DNA of 38,647 nt from Octopus bimaculoides (taxonomy: Eukaryota): NCBI RefSeq assembly GCF_001194135.2, contig NC_068985.1, positions 36,494,520-36,533,166 on the forward strand, read 5' to 3'. Positions 12,826-23,459 of the stretch are shown here, in pieces. The notes beneath the pieces are model-generated. The model was not told where the DNA came from. It saw only the letters and a program-made list of their open reading frames with translations, and searched no databases. How positions within the stretch are numbered: position 1 is the stretch's first letter; every line of letters starts with the position of its first letter. A program made the position numbers and the translations under genes.

Positions 12826-13981
12826 CTAGTTTGTGTACCCGACAATTCCCAGGGGTAAAGATGTTCTATTGAAACACCTTATTACTCTGATATAAGAAAA
12901 CAATTTCGTCATAACTGCCACAAATGGTGTATTTTCCGTCACGAAAAAGTAAAAAAAAACTGTCACTTGGAGGAGGGAGAGATTGTTGGAGGTTGGGAAA
13001 GAGGTTTTCGGAGGTTGGCGCGGAAGGTTGTCGGAGGTTGATGAGAAAGATTGTCGGAGATTGGTGAGAGGCAAAGACATTATTCTGCTTAGCGAAGACA
13101 TCTGGGAAATGTATAACTGCTGTCATTCACAGAAAAAACTACTGTTTTACTGTGAGAAAAGCGTTGTTGAAGTGTTAAGTGAAATTTGGCAATCGAGGAT
13201 CGAATCCACGCTATGCCTGCATGAAACCACTACAAATACGTTGTGGAATAAAACATTTATCTACTGTTATGGAAAAAGTGTAACTGTAAAAGTGCAAAAT
13301 TATCAGATTAATGGGCATTCAAAAAAGTATGTATGAATGAAGTCCTTAATGTTTAAGATTCAAATTGAGGAAATGCAATAATAATGTTTAGCAGTTGAAA
13401 ACTGAGTAGTGAAATGCTGATCGTGAGAATCAAATATTGATCGCTTCGCTAAAATCTGAAGGTGGTATGGGTTATTTCCTTTGGGTCGTTTAAATAAAAT
13501 ATTAGTAATATGTAGTAGATAGAAGGATCCATTGGAAGGGCCCTATTATCGATTTTTTTTTCAACAATCTAAGTATGTCACGAGGTTTCCAGACATGAGT
13601 TCTACTCACGGGTCAAATAAAGTATAAAAGTGATATTGTCCGCAGAAATTAGAAATAGGACACACAAAAAATCAATATTCAAAGTAATCGAACATAAACA
13701 ATGAAATGGGTTGTTTCCCTTGAGTGTTTAAAAAATATCGTACAGGTGCTATGGGTTATTTCCCTTAGATGTTTACAAAAATTAGTTATATGAGGTAGAT
13801 ATAAAGGTCCCTTCCAGGGGCTGTATTATCGATTTTTTCAATAATCTAAGTAGTCATGAGGTTTCTAGACATGAGTTCTACTCACGTGTCAAGTTTCATC
13901 AAAATCAATAAAACGATCTAGGAGGAGTTAGCTAACAACGCCACAAACAAACACACACCGATTTTCCTCATCTGTAGTAGA
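12826..13981 (-). mobile_element. Non-autonomous Helitron (1156 bp)
   Basis: Minus strand begins A|TC at 13981 and ends CTAG|T at 12826, with a degenerate CCC..GGG hairpin 8 nt before CTAG. No TSD and no ORF; contains internal repeats. Confidence 0.65.
12979..13069. repeat. 22-23 bp minisatellite, 4 units, inside the Helitron
   Basis: gagattgttggaggttgggaaa / gaggttttcggaggttggcgcgg / aaggttgtcggaggttgatgaga / aagattgtcggagattggtgaga. Confidence 0.75.
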
Positions 13982-15660
13982 TACTCTGGACAGTCAGACC
14001 TGACTTGGAGTTAAACAGCGGGAACAACAAAAATAACATTATGTACTATATCTATATAGAAGTAAGGATTGAAACCACAGCCGAGGAGCTTGCTTCTTCT
14101 GAAAAAGTTTGGTAACCCTGTTCCTTACGAAGCACTAACGTCCTCACTTTTCATGCCCTACTACATAATAATATATGTAGCTAAGCTTACATAACTTCTG
14201 TATGAGAATACTGATGTCTGGGAAGATAAATTGCAGATACGAGCAGTAGATAAAGTGAAATGGTTCGATTGACAATCAAGCATTTCTTTCAAACACGATT
14301 TATTAGAAGTAAGGCATCAACCTACAGTACTAGCTCACAAATGAAACCTTAATGATACGCGTTCTTGTCCTTTCTATACTTATGCATTGTAGGGACTATA
14401 AAGAGAAAACGGGTAAGGACGTGTCCTCATTTCTCATGGGATGAAGGAACACATTCCTCTAAATGATTGACAAATATAATTTTACTAATAAAATATATTT
14501 TAAAATTACAATACAAAGAATAAGTTTCTCAAATTATCTGGAATTTTTAAATTAGTAAACTTTACATTCGTTATAACACGGTAAATTTATGAGTTGCAGA
14601 TGCATACTACTTCTCAAGATAACAAACTAGCTATAAGAATAGTTTATATCTTAGCAAATGCTCATATACTAAAGCCTTCCCCTGGAACATACTCTGGACT
14701 TCTTTCGTTTGTAGTGTTCAGCGTATTATTCGTCTACAGTATTTTTGTTGTTGTTGCGAGTTCTGCCTTTTACAGCTATGACTATTATAAAATACATTTT
14801 AAAAATAAATATCTACTAAATAAAACGGAAACGAAGACGAATTGGAAGAGAACACTTTATGTTTTAGAACTTTCTTTCTCCTCCGACTACATCTTTTTCT
14901 ATTTTTTGTTTCTACTCAAATTCAACAATATGAAAACAAACAATTCCACAATTCTCGAGTTTGAATTGGCAGACTTTGAAAATCAATACTCAAAGTACTC
15001 CTTCAACCTATACGTCTTGAATTATGCATATACAAAAATCCCACACCTCACAAAATGTACACATACACAACCTACTCTAATGAAATCCTGCAGAAATGAA
15101 ATCTAAATCAACAGCAGAAGATAAAAATACTAAAAATTACGAACAATACTGAAAATCAAGGCTTGTAAAAGATTTTGAATTTAAATAAATCTTCAATATA
15201 TGGTAATATAGAACATAACTGGCATTTAAATGGTTATGCATGGGGAATAAGTCCGATGTACATAGTGGTGGAGTTGAGAATTTCCTTAATGCATCTAAAG
15301 GAATGGGTTGAAGGTGTCCTTAAAATGTACATAATACACTCTTATTTTAAGCGATGAGCAATGAGAACGTTTCACTCAAGATTTTCCGGCAATCAAAACA
15401 CAATACCTGATATTTTGGATTGAAGGTATCATGGCTGACCAATGTTGGCGGCTATATCGTGACCCAAACCACGTATGTAAGGGGAAACTATATTCATAAC
15501 ACTTTTAAAAGCCTGTATAACGTATAGTCTTCAAACACATACGTATCTAATTGAATCTAAGATCTAAAAATGAAGTTATTATAAATTATATTTCAATAAA
15601 TGATGTTTATGCTGTATATCTTAGTTCGCGCAATAAGCAAATTATATATACATCTTATAT

Positions 15661-15870
15661 AAAGGCGGCGAGCCGGCAGAATCGTGAGCACGCCGGGCGA
15701 AATGCTTAGCAGTATTTCGTCTGCCATTATGCTCTGAATTCAAATTCCGCCGAGGTTGACTTTGCCTTTCATCCTTTCGAGGTCGATAAATTAAGTGCCC
15801 GTTGAGTGCTGGGGTCGATGTAATCNNNNNNNNNNCCCAAATTCAGGCCTTGTGCCTATAGTAGAAAGAA
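15661..15870 (+). mobile_element. tRNA-derived SINE, plus-strand copy (same family as 4056-4269)
   Basis: ggcggcgagccggcagaatcg..ttcaaattccgccgaggttgactttgcctttcatcctttcgaggtcgataaatt..ggccttgtgcc. Confidence 0.85.
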
Positions 15871-15904
15871 TATATATATCTTATATAACAATTTTATATT
15901 TAAC

Positions 15905-16025
15905 GACTTGGTAAAGATGTTAGAGCGTCGGATAGATTGCATCGCGGTATTTGTTTCAACTTCCTACGCTTTGAGTTCAAATCTCGCTGAGACCAACTTT
16001 GCTTTTCATCCTTTCAGGGCGGTAG
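15905..16025 (+). mobile_element. Partial, more diverged SINE copy (same family)
   Basis: gagttcaaatctcgctgagaccaactttgcttttcatcctttcaggg. Confidence 0.6.
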
Positions 16026-16484
16026 ATTGATGAAACTATTAAATCGTCAGACGGAACGTTTTTCAGATATCTTAGCATTCTGACGATGACGCCTATGATG
16101 ACATGGATGTTAATGTGTATCGGCCTTGTCTTTCCCTTGGACAGCATTGGTACCGTGGGAAGAGGAGACTTGTATGTATGGCCAAGTGCTGGTCAAACAC
16201 AAACATTTTGTTGAGCTTGAGTTTGGAGACTAACTTTTTAGGTGCAGGAACCGATGGTCAGTTACGACCGAAGCAGATCTCTATATCGATTATTTAATAC
16301 AGATTTAAGTACTGATAAAACTGAGAGAAATATAACTGTCTTATAGCAAAAATGAGACGTATTAGAGGCGGAGGGCTAAAGACGGATTTAGAACGATCGT
16401 CAAAAACGCATTCAGAATTGATGAATTACATATTCGATCAAAGAGAAGTTCGTTTTGTTGACCAGTGTTATAGATGCAATTTAA

Positions 16485-16680
16485 AGTTAATTAGCCTCGA
16501 GTCTTGATCGAACACTCCTACAATCAAAAACATTCTAGCCGTGACTGATCAATCTGTTTGTATATTCAGGACTACATTCCCCAACTTGTCTTCCATTTTT
16601 TAAAGTTGTTAGGGTATGATATGAAGGCAATCTAGCTGCTATTTCTAGTAGGTCAGACAACCTTTTAGTAGTTACCTCAT
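16485..16680. repeat. Old interspersed repeat family, most complete local copy
   Basis: Motif gaaggcaatctagctgctatttctagtaggtc recurs in degenerate form near 9715-9780, 11700-11750 and 22340-22395; related pieces lie at 21590-21660 and, on the minus strand, at 12650-12810. Confidence 0.45.
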
Positions 16681-17787
16681 TACAATTTAAATTTCAGATG
16701 CATCATGTTCTTACATAACATTTCTAATGTTTTTCCTTTAAAAAAACAATTTAACAGCCAATATCTATTCACGAATATTTTTTGCAAAAACAGCAATAAA
16801 AAGTAGAAGAAAAAAACAATTATCAAAAGTGTTGCAGCATAAATTAACATTTCGAATGTTTGAATAGCTTTATAAATTTTTGATCCCCCNNNNNNNNNNT
16901 TTTTGTCTTTAATGAAACAAACGCTTTAATTTTTAAGAAAAATTCAAATAGCGATTTTTCTTTTGTTACTTCAAAATGATATCATAAATAGTCATGAGCT
17001 GATTGTTTTGAGATTTGATGACAAAAAACATTGAAAAATATCTAGTTACTAATTAAAATCTGTACTTGAATATATAACATCCTAACTCTGGAACATTTTG
17101 TCTCTTAAACATGCGTTGTTTTTTTAGAATGTTTGGATATAATCAAGAGATAACGTCTTCATGTTGTACCTTATTTACATTTGACTTCGGCTGATATACT
17201 CTCCAGCCTTCACCAGGTATTTTTCAGGTCACAGTCTGGAATCGAACTCGGAATCTTGGGGTTAGTAGCCCGCGCTCTTAACCACTATACCATATGCCCC
17301 TAGGCAATTATGGAGTGAATTTTTAGGGCTTATAAATCTAATATTTTCCTACCCTTCCTTAATACCGGTTCCCATATGCTACTCATATCTGCACTCGGTC
17401 TGTCTAGAAGGTTGTTGTCTCCTAGCATATGTGCTACTTCTTTTAATTTTCGTATTTTCCAGTGGTGTTCTCTGTCTATTATTTTAACTTCACCCCACAC
17501 GGGGGGGGGGGGGGGTCTCCATTTTTCCATACATGATCAGCTATACCCGATTTATCAATATCTCCTCGTGTCACAGCTTTGCGATGTTCCTCTACTCTTA
17601 TTTTGAGCGGGTAGAGGAACATCGCAAAGCTGTGACACGAGAAGATATTGATGAATCGGGTAAAGCTGATCATGTATGGCAAAATGGAGACCACCTCCCC
17701 CTGTGGGATGAAGTTAAAATAATAGACAGGGAACAACACTGGAAAATACGAAAACTAAAAGAAGCAGCATATTCCATAATTGCCCAC

Positions 17788-17862
17788 GGGCATATAACGT
17801 AGTGGTTAAGAGCGCGGGCTACTAACCTCAAGATTCCGAGTTCAATTCCAAGCAGTGACCTG
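17788..17862 (+). other. tRNA-like Pol III promoter module inside the PLE terminal repeat (not a functional tRNA)
   Basis: A box TAGTGGTTAAG at 17800-17810, anticodon-like loop CTACTAA, B box GTTCAATTCC at 17840-17849; acceptor stem not intact. Mirror copy on the minus strand at about 17226-17300. Confidence 0.65.
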
Positions 17863-17878
17863 AATAATGATGATGATG

Positions 17879-17918
<40 letters not shown>

Positions 17919-17981
17919 CAACAACAACAACATCGAAAAATACCTTAGGAATGAATACCCAGGTTCGAAATTTCCCCAAAT

Positions 17982-18025
17982 CACCTGATGAAGGCTGGAG
18001 GGTATATCAGCCGAAACGTTGTGTT
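17982..18025 (+). ncRNA. Minimal type I hammerhead ribozyme motif (PLE type)
   Basis: CAC-CTGATGA(17985-17991)-A-GGCTG-loop-CAGCC(18008-18012)-GAAA-CGT-T-GTG. Stem II is 5 bp, stem III is the palindrome ACGT, the cleavage triplet is GUU with the predicted cut at 18020/18021, and stem I is CAC/GTG. Confidence 0.7.
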
Positions 18026-18389
18026 AACAACAAACAAGATGAGGACAAATATCCGTCAAATGTAAATAATGTAAATAATGTACATAATTCCTCATCTCTT
18101 AAATATAGAACAGTATTGTCTTCATGTTGTGTTCTTGAAAATATACAAAGAGGGAAGTGGTTTCTCGTTACGTCTTTTAGAGATCACGGACGAATTTGCG
18201 CTCAAAGTTGCAAGCTAGCCGAAAATTCATTAATTATTCAAGGCTTCCACTGTTTACAACAAAAATAGGCTGTACTTCCACGGTATCTATTTACAGCAAA
18301 TGCTGTTGTTTTTGTCTGAGAGGAAATCTCTTTGTAGGCATGTATTAAAACACACTACCGTATTTAATAGATTACACTGCGTAGAAAAA

Positions 18390-18424
<35 letters not shown>

Positions 18425-19043
18425 TCTTTGGTCAGTAAGTGTTATTTCCTATTTGCTTCTATCTAGAAATCAAAGGAAATGGCTACTATTCCCTTCAAAC
18501 TTTGTCTTTGTGACTTGGACATCAATGTTTTGAAACTGACTATTTTCCATTACTTTTCGGACAGATTCAGCGCTGAAGCAGAAATATCATTATAGCAAAT
18601 ATTCTGCTCAATACCACTGATTTACTTGTCAGTTGCTTGATCTTAACCACTTGAACATGTCTCTTAGTGGTTAACAATACGCGCATCTCTGATCGTGAGC
18701 AGTAGTGGAAGAACATCACAGCCATGTATTGAGAGTGATTCTTTGGGGTTTGAATAAATGTAGCAAAAGTAAAGTTTAAAGAAAATATTAGCCATTTTTC
18801 ATACTTTCTTGGGGTAAGCAAATAGGAAATAACAGTTGCTACCCAAGGACAAAAATCGCGTTACACAGAGTTATAAGACGAACTTTCTTTTGGAGCTGAT
18901 GTGTCTTGATTGTGAAGAAAGTATGCCGCCATTTCCAGGTGGCTAACCATTAGTGATCCTTTGGTAAAAGATCTGACATTCTACTCATTTAACTAACTGT
19001 GAATTTATCAAAATATATATCACAAAAATGATGGACATACGTA

Positions 19044-20146
19044 CGAGGGGGTACCCAAAAGTAACCGGAAACGTTCTCTGTAGGACAAGCCCGCTCTAGT
19101 TCAGGCTTCTGCCGCTAGAAACCACTTGATGCGACCCTCAAGCATCAGTCTGCCGACCGGAATCGTCGGTTGGAGTCGTACTGCCAAGTGGTGCGTCTTT
19201 GTTTTGCAGTGCTTCCCTGTTCGTCGATTTTTGCGATGGCTGAAACGAAGGAACAGCGTGCTTCCGTGAAATTCTGTTTTCTGCTGGGAAAAACGGCGGC
19301 CGAAACAGTTGTCATACTTCAAACAGCTTACAAGGACGCTGCCATGAGCAAAACACAGATTTACGATTGGTTTTCACGCTTTAGGAATGGTCCCTTGTTG
19401 CTTGAAGACCAACTTCATTCAGGGCGACTGTCGACCTCCCGAACGAATGAAAACACGAAAATTTGCGAACTGATCTTGGAGTACCGTCGCCGAATAGTTG
19501 ACGAACTTGTTGATATGTCTGATGTGTCCTGGAGAGTTGCAGCAAAATTTGTGCCTCATTTGCTCACGAAAGATTAAAAGCACTCACGACTGAATGCGTG
19601 CCGTGAACTGTAAGAACAGTTGGAAGTTGATCCAAACCGTTTTTGGAAGGTCATCACTGGTGACGAAAGCTGGTGCTACAGCTACAACCCGGAAACGAAG
19701 CGTTTGTGAGATGCGGTGAAACGAAAATGCCCCGACCAGTGGCAAAATGGAGAGTGTTGGTTTCATCACGACAATGCGCATGCGTCCACCGCCTTGAGTG
19801 TGAGACAATTTTTGACCTAAAATGGCATGACCTCGTTTTACCCATCCTCCCTATTCACCTGATCTTGCTCCCTACGATATTTTTTTTTGTCCCCCCGAAT
19901 GACAAAAGTCCTTAAAGGAAAACGCTTTGCAGATGTGGAAGTGGTGAAGACATAGACGACAGAGGAGTTAAAAGGCATCACTTCACAAGAGTTCTAGGAC
20001 TGTTTCGAACAGAGAAAAACGCGTCTCGACTGATGCATTGCTTCAAATGGAGAATACTTTGAAGGTGATAAAAATGTAAACCTGTGAGGCGAAGTGAATA
20101 AAATAATATAGCAAAATTCCGGTTTTTTTGGGGGGGTACCCCCTCG
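19044..20146 (+). mobile_element. Mariner (DD34D) transposon, internally deleted, transposase pseudogene
   Basis: TA|CGAGGGGGTACCC..ACCGGAA TIRs at both ends with TA duplication at 19042-43 and 20147-48. Transposase from ATG 19236 ([72 protein letters not shown]) has stops and frameshifts. Confidence 0.95.
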
Positions 20147-20220
20147 TAAATACATACGTACATACATATATAAGTATATATAAACAAACTGACAGATAAA
20201 CAGAGTGAAAGAGACACATT

Positions 20221-20286
<66 letters not shown>

Positions 20287-20317
20287 GACAGATACATAGA
20301 TAGATAGAGACAGACGC

Positions 20318-20377
<60 letters not shown>
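20221..20377. repeat. (GATA)n microsatellite with an interrupted internal duplication
   Basis: Two GATA blocks separated by gagacagatacatagatagatagagacagacgca. Confidence 0.95.
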
Positions 20378-20411
20378 ACAGGACAGCTGGAGAAGAATAT
20401 AATATTCTTAC

Positions 20412-20683
20412 AGTAGCTGCAAAATTACTTCTAGGGATCGACATTGTCTCAATAGACTGCCACTTGTTGACAGAAGGATCATAGCGTTCTGCAGAGGTCA
20501 CTCTGGTTACACCACTGAAGCCACCCAGTGCGTAAATGAAGTCACAATATGCAATGATGCTGAGACCGCAACGGATGCTGTTCATGGGAGCTATTAGTGT
20601 CCATTGGTTGGTTTTAGGCGAATAGAATTCAGCACAGTTCAGGTACTGCTGACCACTGAAGCCACCACAGATGTACAATATAT
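20412..20683 (-). CDS. KLHL10: KLHL10-like internal exon (Kelch 4-5)
   Basis: Acceptor tgtctttccAG, donor ACT|GTAAGA, 272 nt, phase 1 in and phase 0 out, matching both neighbours. Encodes DILYICGGFSGQQYLNCAEFYSPKTNQWTLIAPMNSIRCGLSIIAYCDFIYALGGFSGVTRVTSAERYDPSVNKWQSIETMSIPRSNFAAT. Confidence 0.92.
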
Positions 20684-20718
20684 CTGGAAAGACAATGCAT
20701 GCATTTCAAGATGAACAA

Positions 20719-20754
<36 letters not shown>

Positions 20755-20756
20755 CG

Positions 20757-20971
20757 ATCTTTTCTACAAGGCCTGAAATTTGGAGAGAGTTGCGTACTGG
20801 GGTCGATTACATCGACCCCAGTACACAACTGGTACTTATTTTATCGACCCTCCGAAAGGATGAAAAGTAAAGTCGACCTCGGCGGAAATTGAACTCAAAA
20901 CGTAACGACGGACGAAATGCCGCTAAGCTTTTTGCCCGGCGAGGTAACAATTCTACCAACTCAACGTCTTA

Positions 20972-21017
<46 letters not shown>

Positions 21018-21430
21018 GTAATCCTTTCTACTTTCAAATTTGTGGGGAAGGGACTAGTCAATTACATCGACCCTAGTGTTTCACTAATACTTAATTTATC
21101 GATCCTGAAAGGATGAAAGGTAAAGCCGACCCCTGTGGAATTTGAACTCATAACGTAGTGGCAAACGTAATACCGTTAAACATTTCACTCGGCCTGCTAA
21201 CGATTGTGTCTGCTCACCGCCTTAACAACAACAACAATAATAATAACTCTTTCTATTATAAGCAATTTTGAAGGGAGGAGGAAGTCGATTACATCAACCC
21301 CGGGGTTCAGCTGGTACTTATTTTATCAATCTCCAAAGGATGAAAGGCAAAGCAAAATCGACCTCGGCTGAAAGAAATACGACTAAGCACTTGTCCGATG
21401 TGTTAACGGTTTTGTCAACTCGTCAACTTA
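20757..21430 (-). mobile_element. Three head-to-tail copies of the same SINE family separated by (AAT)/(AAC) runs
   Basis: Copies at about 20757-20970, 21020-21223 and 21247-21430, each with tttatc..aaaggatgaaag..gacc..gg. Confidence 0.8.
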
Positions 21431-21709
21431 ATTATAATTACTTCAAGTTTTGACTAGAGGCAAAGATAACCTTGGATTTGAGCTTAAGAATGCAAGGCAT
21501 TTTGTTCTACGATAGGCAAAACAAAATCTATTAACATAATATATTGCTAATGAGATATTTTGAGATGCATATGTACAGACAGGCAGACATTGTTTAGCCC
21601 CGAGTCATCTCTGATAAATCAACCCTGTGTACAATCAAAGGTGTTCTAGCTGCAACCGTCCTCATGATAAAAGTCGCCGGTCAATTTGTCCAAACGATTT
21701 CAACAACTT

Positions 21710-22290
21710 ATGGATGTCAGTGATTTTAAGTGCCTTGTGTCCTATGTTGTCGAGAATAAGAAAAGCTAACTAACATGCAAGAGACTAATCTGGAGTATCT
21801 GAAACAAGCTTCAAAATATCTAACAACCAAGTATTTCAAAACCAACAAAACTGGCCTCTTTCAAGGCAAACGTTGAAAGCGTTCTTCTCCATGGAGTCAA
21901 AATCTGGTAAATGAAGAAGGAGCATCAAGATCATCTTCATGTTACGTATAGCAGACCTCTCGTGAAGTTTTAAAAATATGTCATGGCATGAGCACATAAC
22001 CAAAGCGGAGATTTATGAACACAATCCACCCTTCTCTAATATTAATACTCAACGCAGGGTAGGCTTTGTGAGCAGGGTAGCTATCGTGTTGAACATCAGG
22101 CCATATCAGAAGTTATATTTTGGAATCTTCAGTACATTAATAAAAGGCGCGAACTACTCAACTCCATTGAAGTTAATGACAGACACACACAACATGAAAT
22201 GGAAGATCTACCAAAGCTTATAGGCCACAGATTCCTGACACGGTGAGGAGAAACACATTGCGGTCACTGCCTCTTGAAGAATATGAGGTA
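21710..22290 (+). mobile_element. Decayed RTE-clade LINE, 3' part of RT
   Basis: ANVESVLLHGVKIW*MKKEHQDHLHVTYSRPLVK..SWHEHITKAEIYEHNPPFSNINTQRRVGF resembles RTE ESVLLYGSETW..RLL..SW..H.T.AEIY..LP..S....RR..F. Confidence 0.7.
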
Positions 22291-22586
22291 CTACATTGTC
22301 CAGTGTGTCCTTTTTTTTTAAGACGGGAAGATATGATTGAAAAAAGAACTGACTCCTATTTCTTGCAAGTCGAGTGACCACATAGAAGCTCTTCTATTAA
22401 TGTTATATAAATGCTATTACAGTGGAAGCACAAATATTTTAAGATATGTTACGATGTCATGGTGAAAGGAAACATCTAATGCTGGGCCTTTTCGCCAAAA
22501 ATGGCTCTGGCCGAAACGCTAGAGGTCTCTCTTTGTTTTAACTAAATTAGGAAATAAGCAGTTGCTTGTCTTAATGTTTTCCTCAC

Positions 22587-22756
22587 CATTTAGTGCTGTG
22601 GCACCTGCATCACTGCGCTGATAGTTCATATCTTGGATTAATGTCCACTGGTTTCTAGGGTGATTATAACGTTCGGCACTCTTAAGTTCCGTCTGTCCAT
22701 TGAAACCTCCCAAGGCATAGATCTGGAGGCCAATGATGGCAACACTCACGTGACAT
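22587..22756 (-). CDS. KLHL10: KLHL10-like internal exon (Kelch 3)
   Basis: Acceptor tttctcttttaaAG, donor AATG|GTGAGG, 170 nt. Encodes (R)CHVSVAIIGLQIYALGGFNGQTELKSAERYNHPRNQWTLIQDMNYQRSDAGATALN, close to KLHL10 RCYVSV..YAMGGFDG..AERY..NQWTLI..M..QRSDASAT. Confidence 0.9.
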
Positions 22757-23459
22757 CTTTAAAAGAGAAATGGTCAACATAAGTTTAGATTAAAAAAAAA
22801 GAGTAAAAGTAGAAAGTTTATTCTTGTGAAATAAAGGGGAAAATGAAGAGACTAAAATTCAGTTTGTTACAATGCCAGGCCATATGATGCTGCAGACTAA
22901 TCGAAGAGCAAGTTAAATTGAGCGATAATAATTTCAACATGACCCGTACCACAGCTAAAACGAATAGTTGTAATAATTTATAACAAATTCATTCTCAAAA
23001 TCCGTAGCCTAAAAAGCACAAGAAATGTCACCGTTATCTTCTATCTTTCCCGGTCATCAGCTAGTTTTACATGTTTTACCAACTTCCTCCCTGTCCATTC
23101 TTTATTATAGATTAATCACCACCTTTCTGGTCTTCCTATATGTCTTTTGGCTAAGCCTTTTCTCATTTGTGTAATAAATTCGCATACAAATGAATTTACT
23201 TAGAATGAATAAATAAATTGTTTTTTCAAAATTTTTTATATGGATACAGGATCCGTTTTGTGCACTTTGAATATAACCCCCTACATAAAGACGGGATATA
23301 GATAGGATTAGAAAGATAGACCTAATGTTTTAAAAATATATCATTGAGGATGAAGTTAGTCTAAGTAATAAAATCGCACTGGTAGAGATTGTTTATTAGA
23401 TAGTCAGTGAGAGCATGAGCAGCGCCATGGATACTCACGATTTTTCCAAAACAGGCAAC

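Larger units (their letters stand above)
17168..18117. mobile_element. Head-to-head (palindromic) 5'-truncated Penelope-like element insertion
   Basis: Arms about 17426-17595 and 17611-17772 are reverse complements. Both encode a GIY-YIG C-terminus (RVEEHRKAVTR.DID.SG.ADHVW..EVKIIDRE.HWKIRKLKE.A) reading outward, then the same terminal repeat. A 13-bp direct repeat gtcttcatgttgt lies at 17155-17167 and 18118-18130. Confidence 0.85.

Noticed and set aside
14594-15106. 170-aa plus-strand ORF
   Set aside because: Non-ATG start, AT-biased low-complexity composition and no recognisable domain; cannot be supported without homology or RNA data.
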